A DNA stretch of 64,000 bases, from the NCBI GenBank assembly GCA_035566655.1, contig DATMQT010000102.1, positions 4,188 through 68,187 of the forward strand. Direction: 5' to 3'. The number at the start of each line of letters is the position of its first letter. The first letter of the stretch is position 1. Source of the DNA: Candidatus Dormiibacterota bacterium (GTDB lineage Bacteria > Acidobacteriota > Terriglobia > Terriglobales > Acidobacteriaceae). The notes beneath the pieces were generated by a model, which did not search any database, was not told where the DNA came from, and saw only the letters and a program-made list of their open reading frames with translations. This document shows positions 46,234 through 54,591 of the stretch, piece by piece. A program made the translations under genes and the position numbers.

Positions 46234-46246
46234 CGGAGAACGCCCG

Positions 46247-46543
46247 ATGACCTGGCTCATGCTTTGCGGACTGCTCCTCGTCGCGTCTCTCGTCTACGTT
46301 TTCTACCTGCCGGGAAAACTCTTTCTCGGGCCGGAGAAGACCCGCGCCGGCTATCTGCGCGAACGCAAAGATGCCGTCTACGAAAACCTGCGCGATCTCA
46401 ACTTCGAGTACAAAGCCGGCAAAGTCCCCGACGCCGATTACACTTCGCTGAAATCTTCCTTGCAGGACGAAGCCGCCACCATCCTGGCCGAAATCACCCG
46501 CCTGGAAACGCATCCCCAGCCGCAAAAAGGAACCCGATCGTGA
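46247..46543 (+). CDS. small TM protein resembling the N-terminal module of CcmI
   Basis: N-terminal TM segment MTWLMLCGLLLVASLVYVFYLP, then a helical segment VYENLRDLNFEYKAGKVPDADY similar to the CcmI pattern. Position after ccmH. Confidence 0.5.
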   Translation: MTWLMLCGLLLVASLVYVFYLPGKLFLGPEKTRAGYLRERKDAVYENLRDLNFEYKAGKVPDADYTSLKSSLQDEAATILAEITRLETHPQPQKGTRS

Positions 46544-46559
46544 ACGATTTAAACGGCAC

Positions 46560-46620
46560 TGTCATCCTGAGCGAAGTGAGTGCTTCGCGAAGCGAAGCCG
46601 TCACGCAGACGAAGGACCCC
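46560..46620 (+). repeat. dispersed TGTCATYC element (long variant)
   Basis: tgtcatcctgagcgaagtgagtgcttcgcgaagcgaagccgtcacgcagacgaaggacccc, with internal stem gcgaag/cttcgc. Confidence 0.65.
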
Positions 46621-46671
46621 TCTCAATCCGGTGCCCACCTGCGCCCGCGCAGGGAGTTTTCACGGCACTCC

Positions 46672-47997
46672 GTGTTGGTGTTCGTTCGCGCACTGGCAAT
46701 CGTCCTCCTCCTAACCTCCCTAACCTCCGCGCAAACCCTAAACGGCACCGTAAAAAACGCCACAACCGGCAAGCCCTCTGCTGGAGACGACGTCGTCCTG
46801 CTCAAACTCGGCCAAGGCATGGAAGAATCCGGCCGCACCAAGACTGACGCCAAGGGCCAGTTCACCTTCAAGCTCGACGACGCCCAGTCCCCGCACCTGG
46901 TCCGCGCCATCCATCAGGACGTCACCTACCATCGCATGGCCCCTCCCGGAACCACGTCGGTCGAAGTCGAGGTCTACGACGTCGCCAAAAAGATCGACGG
47001 CCTCGAAGTCGTCGCCGACATCGTCCGCGTCCAGGCAGAGCAGGGACAACTCGAGATCCTCCGCGAGTTCGCCGTACAGAACACCTCCAAGCCCCCGCGC
47101 ACCCAGATGAATGAGCGCAACCTGGAGTTCTACATTCCCGACGGCGCTCAGATCATTCCAGATTCCGGCAGCGCCACCACCGAACATGGCAATCCCCTGA
47201 AGTCCGCTCCTGTGCCCGAAGGCGAGAAGAACCGCTACTCATTCATCTTCCCGCTGCGCCCGGGGCTGACTCGTTTCGAGGTGGCCTACCAGCTTCCCTA
47301 CACCGGCAGCGCCAATCTCGATCCCAAGTCGGTGTATCCCCTGGAGCACTTCGTCGTTTTTCTGCCCAAAACGATGCAGTTCACTGCCTCCGCCCCGTCC
47401 GGCTTCAAGCTAACCACCTTCCCGAGCGAGCCCGACGACCTCTTGCAGGTAGCTTCCAACACCACCGTCGGCCAGAATCTCGCCTTCAAGGTTTCCGGTG
47501 AAGGCAGGCTCCAGGTTCCCCAAGAGAGCGGCAGCGGCCAGGGCCAAGCTAGCGGCAGCGCCGATGCCAATAACCGCCCCGGCGGCGGACTCGGCCCGCC
47601 CATCGACGCCCCCGACCCTCTACAGAAATATCAGTGGCTGATTCTCGGATGCCTCGCCGCAGCTTTGATCATCGGCGGAGTCTTCGTGGCCATGCGGCAG
47701 CAGTCTGCGGCCCGTGCGTTACGCCGCAGAGGCGGCTCTTCCGCGCCCGCAGGCCGGCAACGACAGCAACAGGAAGAGGATGACTACGAGCCAGCTGAAC
47801 CTCTGGCGACGAACACCGCCCACCACGGGTCAGCCCGTCCCACCTCCGCTCTGCTCGACGCCCTCAAAGAAGAACTCTTCCAACTGGAAGTCGAACGCCG
47901 CCAGGGTCAAATCTCGCAAACCGAATACGAGAAAGCCAAGTCCGCCCTCGACCAAACCCTCGACCGCGCCCTCAAGCGCGAAGCCCAGAAGGCGTGA
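46672..47997 (+). CDS. carboxypeptidase-regulatory-like (Ig/transthyretin-like) domain protein with C-terminal TM segment and coiled coil
   Basis: Signal LVFVRALAIVLLLTSLTSAQT, then LNGTVKNATTGKPSAGDDVVLLK...DAKGQFTF. The start (GTG 46672) is a guess. The upstream part of the track ORF overlaps the previous gene and a repeat element. Confidence 0.6.
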   Translation: MLVFVRALAIVLLLTSLTSAQTLNGTVKNATTGKPSAGDDVVLLKLGQGMEESGRTKTDAKGQFTFKLDDAQSPHLVRAIHQDVTYHRMAPPGTTSVEVEVYDVAKKIDGLEVVADIVRVQAEQGQLEILREFAVQNTSKPPRTQMNERNLEFYIPDGAQIIPDSGSATTEHGNPLKSAPVPEGEKNRYSFIFPLRPGLTRFEVAYQLPYTGSANLDPKSVYPLEHFVVFLPKTMQFTASAPSGFKLTTFPSEPDDLLQVASNTTVGQNLAFKVSGEGRLQVPQESGSGQGQASGSADANNRPGGGLGPPIDAPDPLQKYQWLILGCLAAALIIGGVFVAMRQQSAARALRRRGGSSAPAGRQRQQQEEDDYEPAEPLATNTAHHGSARPTSALLDALKEELFQLEVERRQGQISQTEYEKAKSALDQTLDRALKREAQKA

Positions 47998-48047
47998 GCA
48001 CGAGCTTCACTTTCTGAGGCCGGCCTCTCTTGCGGACTCAAGAATCA

Positions 48048-48094
48048 TGTCATTCCGACGCGCGAACGAAGCGAGGCAGGGGGAATCTGCTTCC
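48048..48094 (+). repeat. dispersed TGTCATTCC...GGAATC element, upstream of the GH16 gene
   Basis: tgtcattccgacgcgcgaacgaagcgaggcagggggaatctgcttcc. It is 42/47 identical to the copy at 49866-49912. Confidence 0.8.
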
Positions 48095-48229
48095 CACCGT
48101 CAGCACAAACCGCCCGCGGAACCCTTGACTCCCGCCGCGAAGGTGTGCTACCCCTGTACAAAATCGGTTTTCTAGTAAGCGAAGACCGAAACAAACGCGC
48201 ACTTGCATTCCGCGAAAAGAGGGACCCCC

Positions 48230-49828
48230 ATGAACACCCGGATGGATTTCCGTTTCATCCACCGCTCAAGATTCTTCCTCGCAATCATGATGTTGTTCCT
48301 CGCCGGAGCAGTGCGAGCCAACGCACAAGCCAGCTGTACCGGCGTTTCCAACGACACGCAGGGCGCGATCACATGGAAGCCGGCGTGGTGCGAGGAATTT
48401 AACGCGACAACGGCAGGTCCGCCCGACACCACGGTGTGGAGCTTCGATCTCGGTAACAGCGGCTTCGGCAACAATGAATTGGAAACCTATTGCGGACCTC
48501 CCGGATATCCGCAAAACCCGAGTACCTGCCCCACCACTTTCTCGACGGCGACCTCAAACGCGTACCTTGACGGCGGTGGCTCTAATGGACACCTCGTCAT
48601 TCAGGCCATAAACAATGGTACAACTTGGTTTTCGGGTCGCATGAATACCTCGGGCTTGCCAGGTTTTCAGTACGGCCGCATCGAAGCCAGCATCCAGCTA
48701 CCCGACACCACCAACCAGGGTCTGTGGCCCGCGTTTTGGTCCCTCGGTAGCAACATCAGTACAGTTAATTGGCCAACCTGCGGCGAAGTCGATTTCATGG
48801 AGGTTTGGTCCCCTCAAGCTCCGATAGTAGGACCAGGTCCCGCAGGGAACAGGACAACACTCCACACGGCTGCAACTATGGGAAACGGTCTACAACCGAA
48901 TGGCTTTTTCCCGTTCCCCTCAGGCCAAGCCAACAACACGGCGTTCCATACCTATGGCACGATTTGGTCTGCCAACATGATGCAGTTCTACATCGACAAC
49001 CCGTTGCAGCCATACTACATCGCGACGACCAGCGACCTTCCCTCCGGAGATACGTGGGCTTTCAATGCGCCACTTTTCCTGCTCACAAATATAGCCGTCG
49101 GAGGCACCTTGGGCGGAACACCTAGCGGATCAACCCCCAATCCCGGAGTCATGATGCTGGACTACGTTCGGCAATATCAACCATCTACGACTATTACCGC
49201 CCCCACGCTGGGAACCTCTGCGATCACCGTGACAGCCGGAGCGACGTCTGGCAACAGCAGCACGCTTACTCCCGTCCTCGCCGCTAACACAGGGTATGTC
49301 TATTTCTCTTGCAGCACCAACGCACCGAAAGCGTCGTGCGCGATCAGTACGAATGACCCGCTGAACAAGTTTGTCGTCAGCTCTAGCGCCACTCCCGCGG
49401 AGACCGTCACCGTCACGGTCACCACCACGGTGAACACTTCTACGGCGGGCACGACGACGGCGCAGGCAATTCCGCCTGTCTTCTTCCATCTCCCGCTTTC
49501 CTTCTTCAATCCCCCGCTTGCCTTCGTCAGTTTGAAGACGCCCGTCTGGCTGCTCATAGCATTCGCAGCGTTTCTGCTGGCGATTGTGGCCGCTGCCGGA
49601 CGCATGCGAGTCCGCGCCTGCCTCTACGGCTGCATTCTGGCCATGGGATTGATTCTTACAGGCGCCGCAAGCTGCGGTGGCGGCAGCAGCAACACTCGGG
49701 CGCTCAGCGGTGGCACGCCTCCCGGCAGCTACACGGTGACGGTTTACGCCTTCACTGAAAGCAACGTCGGCACCGGTGCCAACAGCACCGCCGACGCCAA
49801 CGTAGCCATCCCACTGACGGTGAACTAA
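48230..49828 (+). CDS. glycoside hydrolase family 16 (laminarinase-like) with an Ig-like C-terminal region
   Basis: Catalytic EVDFME (ExDxxE) at nt 48785-48802, plus GLWPAFW and TYGTIWS motifs. Signal peptide. Unusual hydrophobic insert near the C-terminus. Confidence 0.85.
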   Translation: MNTRMDFRFIHRSRFFLAIMMLFLAGAVRANAQASCTGVSNDTQGAITWKPAWCEEFNATTAGPPDTTVWSFDLGNSGFGNNELETYCGPPGYPQNPSTCPTTFSTATSNAYLDGGGSNGHLVIQAINNGTTWFSGRMNTSGLPGFQYGRIEASIQLPDTTNQGLWPAFWSLGSNISTVNWPTCGEVDFMEVWSPQAPIVGPGPAGNRTTLHTAATMGNGLQPNGFFPFPSGQANNTAFHTYGTIWSANMMQFYIDNPLQPYYIATTSDLPSGDTWAFNAPLFLLTNIAVGGTLGGTPSGSTPNPGVMMLDYVRQYQPSTTITAPTLGTSAITVTAGATSGNSSTLTPVLAANTGYVYFSCSTNAPKASCAISTNDPLNKFVVSSSATPAETVTVTVTTTVNTSTAGTTTAQAIPPVFFHLPLSFFNPPLAFVSLKTPVWLLIAFAAFLLAIVAAAGRMRVRACLYGCILAMGLILTGAASCGGGSSNTRALSGGTPPGSYTVTVYAFTESNVGTGANSTADANVAIPLTVN

Positions 49829-49837
49829 CGATGTTGC

Positions 49838-49912
49838 GTCATTGAGCGAAGCGAGACAAAACCCCTGTCATTCCGATACGCGAGCGAAGCGAGGCAGGAG
49901 GAATCCGCTTCC
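49838..49912 (+). repeat. dispersed element: partial copy plus full TGTCATTCC...GGAATC copy, downstream of the GH16 gene
   Basis: gtcattgagcgaagcgagacaaaacccc, followed by tgtcattccgatacgcgagcgaagcgaggcaggaggaatccgcttcc. Confidence 0.8.
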
Positions 49913-50279
49913 TGCTCGGCGCTGTGAGGCCGGAGGTGGATTAAAGACCAGCCCCAAAGCGCGAAAGAATCGAGTTGGGAGAAATCCACAGCCAGTTGTG
50001 ACATCTGACCTTGCGCACCCTCAGCAATCAGTTCATCATCCCAAGGCGGAGGCGGATTGTTGGATTGGCGGAAATATCATGCTAAGTTCTTTACACACGA
50101 TTTTGCCCGCAAGTGATTGATCCCAAGAGATTATTTCGCATTTTCTCGCTAACCCACTGATTCCAATATACCGGGGGGGGAGGGGTATACCTTCGAAAGC
50201 AGCATTTTCCCGAAACGGACCGCCCTGCATCGCCCCGCAGCCCGTAACATCCAATAAGATAGTTCGATCCAAACCTATT

Positions 50280-51140
50280 ATGGGAAACACCTTCAAGACT
50301 GCGTTCCTGCTGAGCGCACTAACGCTGCTGCTGATGTTCTTCGGCCAATATTTTGGCGGCCAGAATGGGATGTTCCTCGCCCTGGCCTTCGCCGCCGTCA
50401 TGAACTTCACCGCCTACTTCTTCTCCGACAAGATCGCGCTATCGATGTACCGCGCCCAGCCGGTGACGCGCGAGCAATTGCCGCGCGCCTACCAGATCGT
50501 CGAGCGCCTCACCCAGAAGATCGGCATCCCTATGCCGAAGATTTATGTCATCCCAAACGAGTCCCCGAACGCCTTCGCCACGGGACGCAACCCCAGTCAC
50601 GCCTCAGTAGCCGTCACGCATGGGATTCTGGGTTTACTGAATGACGAAGAACTCGAAGGCGTGCTGGCCCACGAACTGGGCCACGTGAACAACCGCGACA
50701 TCCTGATCAGCTCTGTAGCGGCAACCATCGCGGGCGCGATCACTATGCTGGCCAGCATGGGACGCTTCGCCATGATCTTCGGCGGCTACGGCGGAGGAGG
50801 ACGCGACCGCCGTGGTGGAGGACTCACGGCACTGTTCATGCTGATCGTGGCACCCATCGCCGCCAGCCTGATTCAGCTTGCCGTCTCACGTTCGCGCGAG
50901 TATCAGGCCGACGCCACCGGAGCGCACTTCACCGGCAATCCCTACGCCCTGGCCAGCGCCTTGCAGAAGCTCGACGCCTACTCGCGCCGCGTGCCCATGC
51001 AAGCCACGCCGTCGACCGCGCACTTGTTCATCATCCAGCCGCTGCTGGGGATAAACTTCGGCGGCCTGTTTTCAACCCATCCCCCGATCGCCAAACGCAT
51101 CGAGCGGCTGACGGGGCGCCCCGCGGAGTTCATGCAGTAG
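50280..51140 (+). CDS. htpX: zinc metalloprotease HtpX (M48B)
   Basis: HELGHVNNRD, EYQADATGA, FSTHPPIAKRIERL, 4 TM segments. Confidence 0.92.
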   Translation: MGNTFKTAFLLSALTLLLMFFGQYFGGQNGMFLALAFAAVMNFTAYFFSDKIALSMYRAQPVTREQLPRAYQIVERLTQKIGIPMPKIYVIPNESPNAFATGRNPSHASVAVTHGILGLLNDEELEGVLAHELGHVNNRDILISSVAATIAGAITMLASMGRFAMIFGGYGGGGRDRRGGGLTALFMLIVAPIAASLIQLAVSRSREYQADATGAHFTGNPYALASALQKLDAYSRRVPMQATPSTAHLFIIQPLLGINFGGLFSTHPPIAKRIERLTGRPAEFMQ

Positions 51141-51144
51141 GAAA

Positions 51145-51300
51145 GAAGCTCTTAGCCATTAGCTCTTAGCTTCATGCCTCATTGCATCGAAGTTGTTTTT
51201 TCTTGCTTGTGCAAGTCTTGTGCTTGTTCGCGTTCCAACTTTGAGTCTGGCTGGCTGTAGTTCGGTTGGAGCTAAGAGCTAAAGGCTAAAAGCTACAAGC
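51145..51300. repeat. heptamer-word hairpin (AGCTCTT/AGCCATT) with a long (about 95-nt) interior
   Basis: cttagccattagctcttagc (51151-51170) against gctaagagctaaaggctaaa (51271-51290), 18/20 complementary. Confidence 0.8.
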
Positions 51301-51335
51301 TGAAGTCCAGTGACATCGGTAACTCCGCCGTCGCG

Positions 51336-52319
51336 ATGCCAGATAGTAAAATCCATTCAATGTCGCCCGAGACTGCCATCGCTGTATCCCACAAAGCCGC
51401 CGACCTGGAAAAAGCTCTGCGCCGCGTGATTCGCGGGAAGGATGATGTCGTCCGCCTCGCGCTGGTCAGCATTTTTGCCCGCGGACACCTTTTAATCGAA
51501 GGCGTGCCTGGAGTCGGCAAGACCACGCTGGGACAGGCCCTCGCCCGCGCCGTCGATTGCACCTTCCAGCGCGTCCAGTTCACCAGCGACATGCTGCCTT
51601 CCGATGTGGTTGGGATCTCGATTTACTCCGCGATGGCGCAGGAGTTTGAGTTCAAGCGCGGCCCCGTGTTCACCAACGTGCTGCTGGCCGACGAGATCAA
51701 CCGCACCACGCCGAAGACGCAATCAGCCCTGCTCGAAGCCATGAACGAAGGCCAGGTCACGGTGGACGCGCACTCATACGAACTGCCGCAGCCGTTTCTG
51801 GTAATTGCTACGCAGAATCCGGTGGAACATCACGGAACGTATCCTCTGCCGGAGTCGCAACTCGACCGCTTCTTGATGCGGGTGCGCATGGGCTATCCCG
51901 AAGCCGCGGCCGAGCGCGAGATTCTGCGCTCGGAAGCAGGCGCAGGAGTCTTGCAGGATCTGCGGCCGGTGCTGACTGGCGCTGACGTGCTCGAGATGCA
52001 GGAAGCCGTAAAACGTATTCGCGTGGATGAATCGCTGGTGACTTACGCTCTGGAAATTGTTCAGCGAACGCGCCAGTCAGAATTCTTGTCGCTGGGAGTC
52101 TCGCCGCGCGGAGCGCAGGCGCTTTATCGCGCAGCGCAAGCGATGGCTTTCCTCAATGGCCGCAGCTTCTGCACTCCGGAAGACTTCAAGCCGCTCGCCG
52201 TGCCCGTCTTCGCCCACCGCGTGGTGGTCAACGGAGGCTACGCTTCGACGCTGAAGAAATCCGAGCAGGCCGATCAGGTGCTGAAAGAGATTGTGGAGAA
52301 CGTCGCAGTGCCAGTCTAG
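51336..52319 (+). CDS. MoxR-family AAA+ ATPase
   Basis: Walker A GVPGVGKT, Walker B LLADEINR, ATQNP sensor motif, length of about 327 aa. Confidence 0.9.
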   Translation: MPDSKIHSMSPETAIAVSHKAADLEKALRRVIRGKDDVVRLALVSIFARGHLLIEGVPGVGKTTLGQALARAVDCTFQRVQFTSDMLPSDVVGISIYSAMAQEFEFKRGPVFTNVLLADEINRTTPKTQSALLEAMNEGQVTVDAHSYELPQPFLVIATQNPVEHHGTYPLPESQLDRFLMRVRMGYPEAAAEREILRSEAGAGVLQDLRPVLTGADVLEMQEAVKRIRVDESLVTYALEIVQRTRQSEFLSLGVSPRGAQALYRAAQAMAFLNGRSFCTPEDFKPLAVPVFAHRVVVNGGYASTLKKSEQADQVLKEIVENVAVPV

Positions 52320-52321
52320 AA

Positions 52322-52351
52322 GCAGTGGTCAGTGTCCAGTGATCAGTGGCC
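52322..52351. repeat. tandem heptamer array (cagtggt cagtgtc cagtgat cagtggc)
   Basis: Lies immediately after the MoxR stop codon. No inverted partner seen. Confidence 0.75.
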
Positions 52352-52393
52352 GTCTCAAACCCTCGAACCGGAGTGACGATATAATTCTCGCCG

Positions 52394-52876
52394 ATGCCCT
52401 TCCTCCGGTTTCTCATGCTGCTTTCGCTCGTGGTTTGGATCGGTGGTTTGATCTTCTTTGCATTCGTGCTTGCGCCGACGGCGTTCTCGATCCCCGCAGT
52501 GCTGCCTAACACTCATCTTGCCGGCAACGTTGTCGGACGCGCCCTGAGCAAGCTGCATTGGATCGCCATCTTCTCCGGAGTCGTCTACCTGATCAGTTCC
52601 CTGCTCTACAGTCGCTTCACCGACGGAACCGCGCATCTGTTTGCAGCGCGCCATATTCTTCTCTGCCTCATGTTGGCGCTCACGCTGGTCTCGCAGTTCG
52701 GAATCATGCCTCGCATGGATACTCTACGCGCATCGCTCGGCGAGGTCAGTGCCGTGCCCATCGACAATCCTGAGCGCATTCAGTTCGATGCTCTGCATGT
52801 TTGGTCGACGCGCGTGGAAGGCGCTGTGCTGGTGCTGGGACTGGTAGTGGTTTATTTGACCGCGCGTAGCTTCTAG
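52394..52876 (+). CDS. DUF4149-like (TMEM205-like) membrane protein
   Basis: 160 aa, 4 TM segments, N-terminus FLMLLSLVVWIGGLIFFAFVLAP typical of DUF4149. Confidence 0.6.
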   Translation: MPFLRFLMLLSLVVWIGGLIFFAFVLAPTAFSIPAVLPNTHLAGNVVGRALSKLHWIAIFSGVVYLISSLLYSRFTDGTAHLFAARHILLCLMLALTLVSQFGIMPRMDTLRASLGEVSAVPIDNPERIQFDALHVWSTRVEGAVLVLGLVVVYLTARSF

Positions 52877-52997
52877 CCAAAACGTCTCGGCGCGCCATTG
52901 GGCATTTGCTCTTTCGATCATTTATCCTGAAGGGTTGTTTGATCATCGCAGAGGCCGCAGTGTCGATCCACTCGGGTTTCACTTCGGTGTCACAGCG

Positions 52998-53020
52998 GCT
53001 AGAAGCTAGGAGCTAGAAGC
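52998..53020. repeat. tandem heptamer array (gctagaa gctagga gctagaa gc)
   Basis: Lies directly upstream of the ychF ATG. Its AGGAG could act as the Shine-Dalgarno sequence. Confidence 0.7.
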
Positions 53021-53026
53021 TTCCTT

Positions 53027-54112
53027 ATGAAGACTGGAATTATTGGCCTGCCTCAGGTGGGCAAGACATCGCTTTTTCGGATTTTGACCAAGGCCCATCT
53101 CTCGGATCAATCGCGCGCTAACCCGCGCGAGGCGCATATCGGCGTGGCTAAAGTTCCGGACGACCGGCTTGACCGGCTGGCTGCGCTCTACAACCCGAAG
53201 AAACTAACGCATACATCCGTCGAATACGTCGACGTCGGCGCCATTGGGCAGGAGGCGCTGAAGGACACGGCTTACACCGCACACTTGCGCAGCGTGGACG
53301 CGTTCGCTCACGTGGTGCGCGTGTTTGACGATCCTTCGGTGCCGCATACGGGCGAGATCGATCCGCTGCGCGACATTAAGAATGTGGAATTCGATCTGCT
53401 GGTCAGCGATCTGGGACAGATCGAAAAACGGCTGGAGCGGTTGGAAAAAGATCTCAAGAAGATGAAGACTCCGGAACTCGAGAAGGAATTTGAGTTGCTG
53501 AAGCGGGCCAAGGTGCAGGTGGAATCTGACAAGCCATTGCGCGAAATGGAAATGACTGCCGAGGACAAGAAGCGCATCAAGGGCTTCATGTTCCTGAGCG
53601 AGAAGCCGATTTTCTATGTTCTTAACATCGGCGAGTCGACCGAACTGGGCAAGGAATTGGAAGCAGCGGTGAGCAAGTACAAGCTGACGGAAATCGCGGC
53701 GCGGCCAAACGCCGCGGCCACCGCCATCTGCGGCAAGGTGGAAGCCGAACTTGCCGAAATGAGCGACGCAGACGCGGCAGAATTTCTCTCCAGTTACGGG
53801 CTCACAGAGAGCGGCCTGGTACGGTTGATTCGGACTACGTACAAACTGCTCGGCCTGATTTCATTCTTCACCGCCGGCGAAGACGAATGCCGCGCCTGGC
53901 AAGTCCCCGCGCATTCCCGTGCGCAGGAAGCGGCTGGTGCGATTCATTCCGACCTGGAAAAGCATTTCATCCGCGCTGAAACGATTCGATGGGACCAGTT
54001 GCTGGAAGCTGGATCAGAGGCGAATGCCAGAGCGAAAGGGACCCTCAGACTCGAAGGCAAAGATTACATCGTGCAGGATGGCGACGTAATGCATATACGG
54101 CATTCCGGGTGA
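53027..54112 (+). CDS. ychF: redox-regulated / ribosome-binding ATPase YchF
   Basis: G1 motif GLPQVGKTSLF, coiled-coil insert, C-terminal TGS-like RLEGKDYIVQDGDVMHIRH. Confidence 0.95.
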   Translation: MKTGIIGLPQVGKTSLFRILTKAHLSDQSRANPREAHIGVAKVPDDRLDRLAALYNPKKLTHTSVEYVDVGAIGQEALKDTAYTAHLRSVDAFAHVVRVFDDPSVPHTGEIDPLRDIKNVEFDLLVSDLGQIEKRLERLEKDLKKMKTPELEKEFELLKRAKVQVESDKPLREMEMTAEDKKRIKGFMFLSEKPIFYVLNIGESTELGKELEAAVSKYKLTEIAARPNAAATAICGKVEAELAEMSDADAAEFLSSYGLTESGLVRLIRTTYKLLGLISFFTAGEDECRAWQVPAHSRAQEAAGAIHSDLEKHFIRAETIRWDQLLEAGSEANARAKGTLRLEGKDYIVQDGDVMHIRHSG

Positions 54113-54584
54113 CAGTACCCAGTAGCTAGTACCCAGAAAACAGCGCCTTGGATAAACTGGAATCCCGACACGGAACCAAGAAGCTGAAATCAGGGATTGT
54201 GGTCAGGGCCGGGCAACGTTTGGTTGTAAGCTGGAGCGATGGCGCAGCACTACAAAGATTTAATTGCTTGGCAGAGAGCGATGGACCTAGTCAGCGTCCT
54301 CTACGATGCAACCGACGATTTTCCCAAGCGCGAGACTTACAGTCTGACCGATCGAATGCGTCGGGCGGCCGTCTCGATCCCGAGCAACATAGCTGAAGGG
54401 CAAGCACACTTCAGTCGTCGTGAGTTTCGTCACTTTCTTCGCCACTCCTGTGGATCGCTGGCCGAACTCGGAACTCAGATACGCATGAAGTGGGCCGAAT
54501 TCTGAGCGGCCTCCTCAATTCTCTTAAAGAACAAATCCCCGCGGCGTGAGAGATTTGACTGGGTACTGGGTACTCGGTACTGTC
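54111..54584. mobile_element. 474-nt insert bounded by 26-nt imperfect inverted repeats (AGTACCC words) carrying a decayed four-helix-bundle gene
   Basis: gacagtacccagtagctagtacccag (54111-54136) against ctgggtactgggtactcggtactgtc (54559-54584), about 22/26 complementary. Calling it mobile is an inference. Confidence 0.5.
54239..54549 (+). pseudogene. four-helix-bundle protein (23S rRNA intervening-sequence protein / Avd family), internally deleted and frameshifted
   Basis: The 88-aa ORF (54239-54505) has YKDLIAWQRAMDLV...RRAAVSIPSNIAEGQA...GSLAEL.TQ. The expected C-terminus (EVGRILSGLLNSLKEQ) is readable in another frame up to TGA 54547-54549. Confidence 0.7.
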
Positions 54585-54591
54585 ATACTTC

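Noticed and set aside
46264-46671. N-terminal 136 codons of the 577-aa track ORF
   Set aside because: They overlap the CcmI-like gene in another frame, run through the dispersed repeat at 46560-46620 (VILSEVSASRSEAV) and are Arg/Pro-rich. A signal peptide begins near 46672.
48017-48028. gaggccggcctc 12-nt perfect palindrome after the 46672-47997 gene, considered as a terminator
   Set aside because: It has no loop and no T-run, and is too short to call.
50036-50410. 124-aa minus-strand ORF overlapping the htpX start
   Set aside because: It overlaps a confidently identified CDS and an AT-richer promoter region, and has no motif. I also saw no sigma-32-type promoter upstream of htpX.
54239-54549. 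Diversity-generating retroelement, suggested by the Avd-family gene
   Set aside because: The window has no reverse transcriptase gene and no template/variable repeat pair, and the gene itself is decayed.
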